From contig CAZSGP010000003.1 in the NCBI GenBank assembly GCA_964606485.1, forward strand, positions 66,481-130,480: DNA of 64,000 nucleotides, given 5' to 3'. How positions within the stretch are numbered: position 1 is the stretch's first letter; each line of letters opens with the position of its first letter. Below the pieces are notes generated by a model. It did not search any database and was not told the origin of the DNA. It was given only the letters and a program-made list of their open reading frames with translations. This stretch comes from an uncultured Planctomycetia bacterium (GTDB taxonomy: Bacteria > Omnitrophota > Gorgyraeia > 2-02-FULL-51-18). Of the stretch, positions 62,818-64,000 are shown piece after piece. Both the position numbers and the translations under genes were made by a program.

Positions 62818-63444
62818 ATGAGAATGAATCAGATCCTAGTCGGAATTTTATTGCTAAGCGCCTTCATAGGGAGCAAGACCGCCATGAGCGAAATTGAAAT
62901 GCCGTCGTACCGAGTCATCCAAAAGGAAAAAGCGATAGAGATTCGCGAATACTCCCCGACGATTTGCGCAGAAGTAACCGTGTCAGGAGAGCGCAGTAAA
63001 GCGATCAATGCCGGATTCCGGCTTTTAGCGGATTATATTTTTGGCAACAACGCTCCCAAAAAGGCCATTGCGATGACTGCGCCGGTTGCTCAGCAAAAAA
63101 GCGAAACGATTTCCATGACGGCTCCGGTGACTCAAACAAAAAATGGGGACGACTGGAAAGTTCAATTTACGATGCCCTCGGCTTATACGCTCGAAACTTT
63201 GCCCAAGCCGAATAACCCTGAGGTTAAAATTATCTCCAAGCCGTCGTACCGCGTGGCGGTGATCCAATTCTCTGGTTTTTGGAGTGAGGGTAGCCTCAAG
63301 AAGCAATCGGCTAAGCTCGAAGACTATGCGAAGACCAATAACCTCAAGCTTACCGGAAATCCCACTTACGCATTTTATAACCCACCCTGGACATTGCCAT
63401 TTTTTCGGCGCAATGAAATATTTTACGAGTTGAAAACTAGCTAA
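62818..63444 (+). CDS. SOUL/HBP-family haem-binding protein with signal peptide
   Basis: The signal peptide is MRMNQILVGILLLSAFIGSKTAMS. MPSYRVIQKEKAIEIREYSP and C-terminal AFYNPPWTLPFFRRNEI match the SOUL family. Confidence 0.65.
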   Translation: MRMNQILVGILLLSAFIGSKTAMSEIEMPSYRVIQKEKAIEIREYSPTICAEVTVSGERSKAINAGFRLLADYIFGNNAPKKAIAMTAPVAQQKSETISMTAPVTQTKNGDDWKVQFTMPSAYTLETLPKPNNPEVKIISKPSYRVAVIQFSGFWSEGSLKKQSAKLEDYAKTNNLKLTGNPTYAFYNPPWTLPFFRRNEIFYELKTS

Positions 63445-63502
63445 AATTTAGCGACACTTTTGGGCCTCATTATGCGTCAAAGGCATAAAGGATGGGGGTG
63501 TT

Positions 63503-64000
63503 ATGAATCAATTCCTAGCGATTTCTTCGATTTTCTTGCTTGTTGGACTCAGTGGTTGCGCAACAACGCATGTGAGCGTGTCGCCGTACCCGGACCGGAA
63601 GCAGTACGAAGCCGTTAAGCCTGAAAAGGTGATGATTTACCGCGATTTTCCAAGACAACGCGCCTTTAAGCGGCTCGGCGAGGTGAGTGTGGAGGCCACA
63701 CAGTACGATCAAAATCAGATTGCCATTTTCGGGAACGAGAACGCTGCGTCGGTCGAAAACAAATTGAGGGAAGCCGGTGCCAAATTGGGGGCGGATGGCG
63801 TGGTGCTCATGAAAGACGGGCCCGCTGTTTCTGGAGAGACCACTAACTACGGCATTAGCTATAATAATTCCAACAACCAGAGTGTAACGCCCAGCATGGT
63901 GACACTCAACGGTAGTCCGGTTCCAGGGTATACCTATACCGGCGCGTCAGGTTCCAGTGCTTTGAGCATTGACTTGCCGCATCATTACGAATCGGGGCGG
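63503..64000 (+). CDS. putative lipoprotein (3' end beyond window)
   Basis: MNQFLAISSIFLLVGLSGC carries the lipobox LSGC. The frame stays open to nt 64000, and the track missed it because there is no stop within the window. Confidence 0.5.
   Translation, partial: MNQFLAISSIFLLVGLSGCATTHVSVSPYPDRKQYEAVKPEKVMIYRDFPRQRAFKRLGEVSVEATQYDQNQIAIFGNENAASVENKLREAGAKLGADGVVLMKDGPAVSGETTNYGISYNNSNNQSVTPSMVTLNGSPVPGYTYTGASGSSALSIDLPHHYESGR

Overview
This 64-kb window looks like core bacterial chromosome, coded almost entirely on the + strand. cinA is the only gene I place on the - strand. One uninterrupted 17,967-nt ORF (1008..18974) dominates it and encodes a 5,988-aa mosaic protein. From the N-terminus it contains a Sec-type signal peptide (AWA-AP), a weak TraB/GumN/Tiki-like segment, and three paralogous ~560-640-aa modules carrying a G(F/Y)GF(V/L)FEDGLT signature. 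These are followed by a ~180-aa module B1 and an embedded, nearly complete Hsp100 (ClpB/ClpC-type) tandem AAA+ unit. Its D2 ring is about 70% identical to canonical ClpB, and its D1 keeps Walker A/B but lacks the KYRGEFE pore loop. Downstream come ~1,300 aa punctuated by recurring short linker motifs (ELSKVSPES, VKNQGLTPN), a 9-unit HEAT/PBS-lyase-like repeat array with a recently duplicated 441-nt higher-order block, a second copy of module B (B2), and a ~300-aa C-terminus. No integrase, transposase, CRISPR or rRNA is present. The giant gene sits between pgsA-pgpA and a convergent cinA. The rest of the window is housekeeping. It holds recA-recX-alaS running directly, with overlapping stops and starts, into hisDBHAFI-trpEGDCFBA. 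Next comes a manC-ruvX-M16 peptidase-rpe-phosphohexomutase-lepA-lepB-pgsA-plsY run. Then follow gpsA, tRNA-Pro(GGG), and a hom-thrC-(apgM-like)-lysC-cimA-valS cluster in which the apgM-like gene is a candidate non-canonical homoserine kinase. The last operon-like run is nadC-uvrB-birA-coaX, followed by a consensus sigma70 promoter plus CIRCE operator driving groES-groEL with a clean terminator. The window ends with small genes: DUF188/YaiI-like, an SRPBCC fold protein, a hypothetical, a secreted SOUL haem-binding protein and a lipoprotein truncated at the window end. I cannot assign the taxon from sequence alone. The gene content and the giant ORF suggest an uncultivated lineage, but that is a guess. 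Every identification rests on my reading of motifs in the supplied translations and DNA, and no database search was run.
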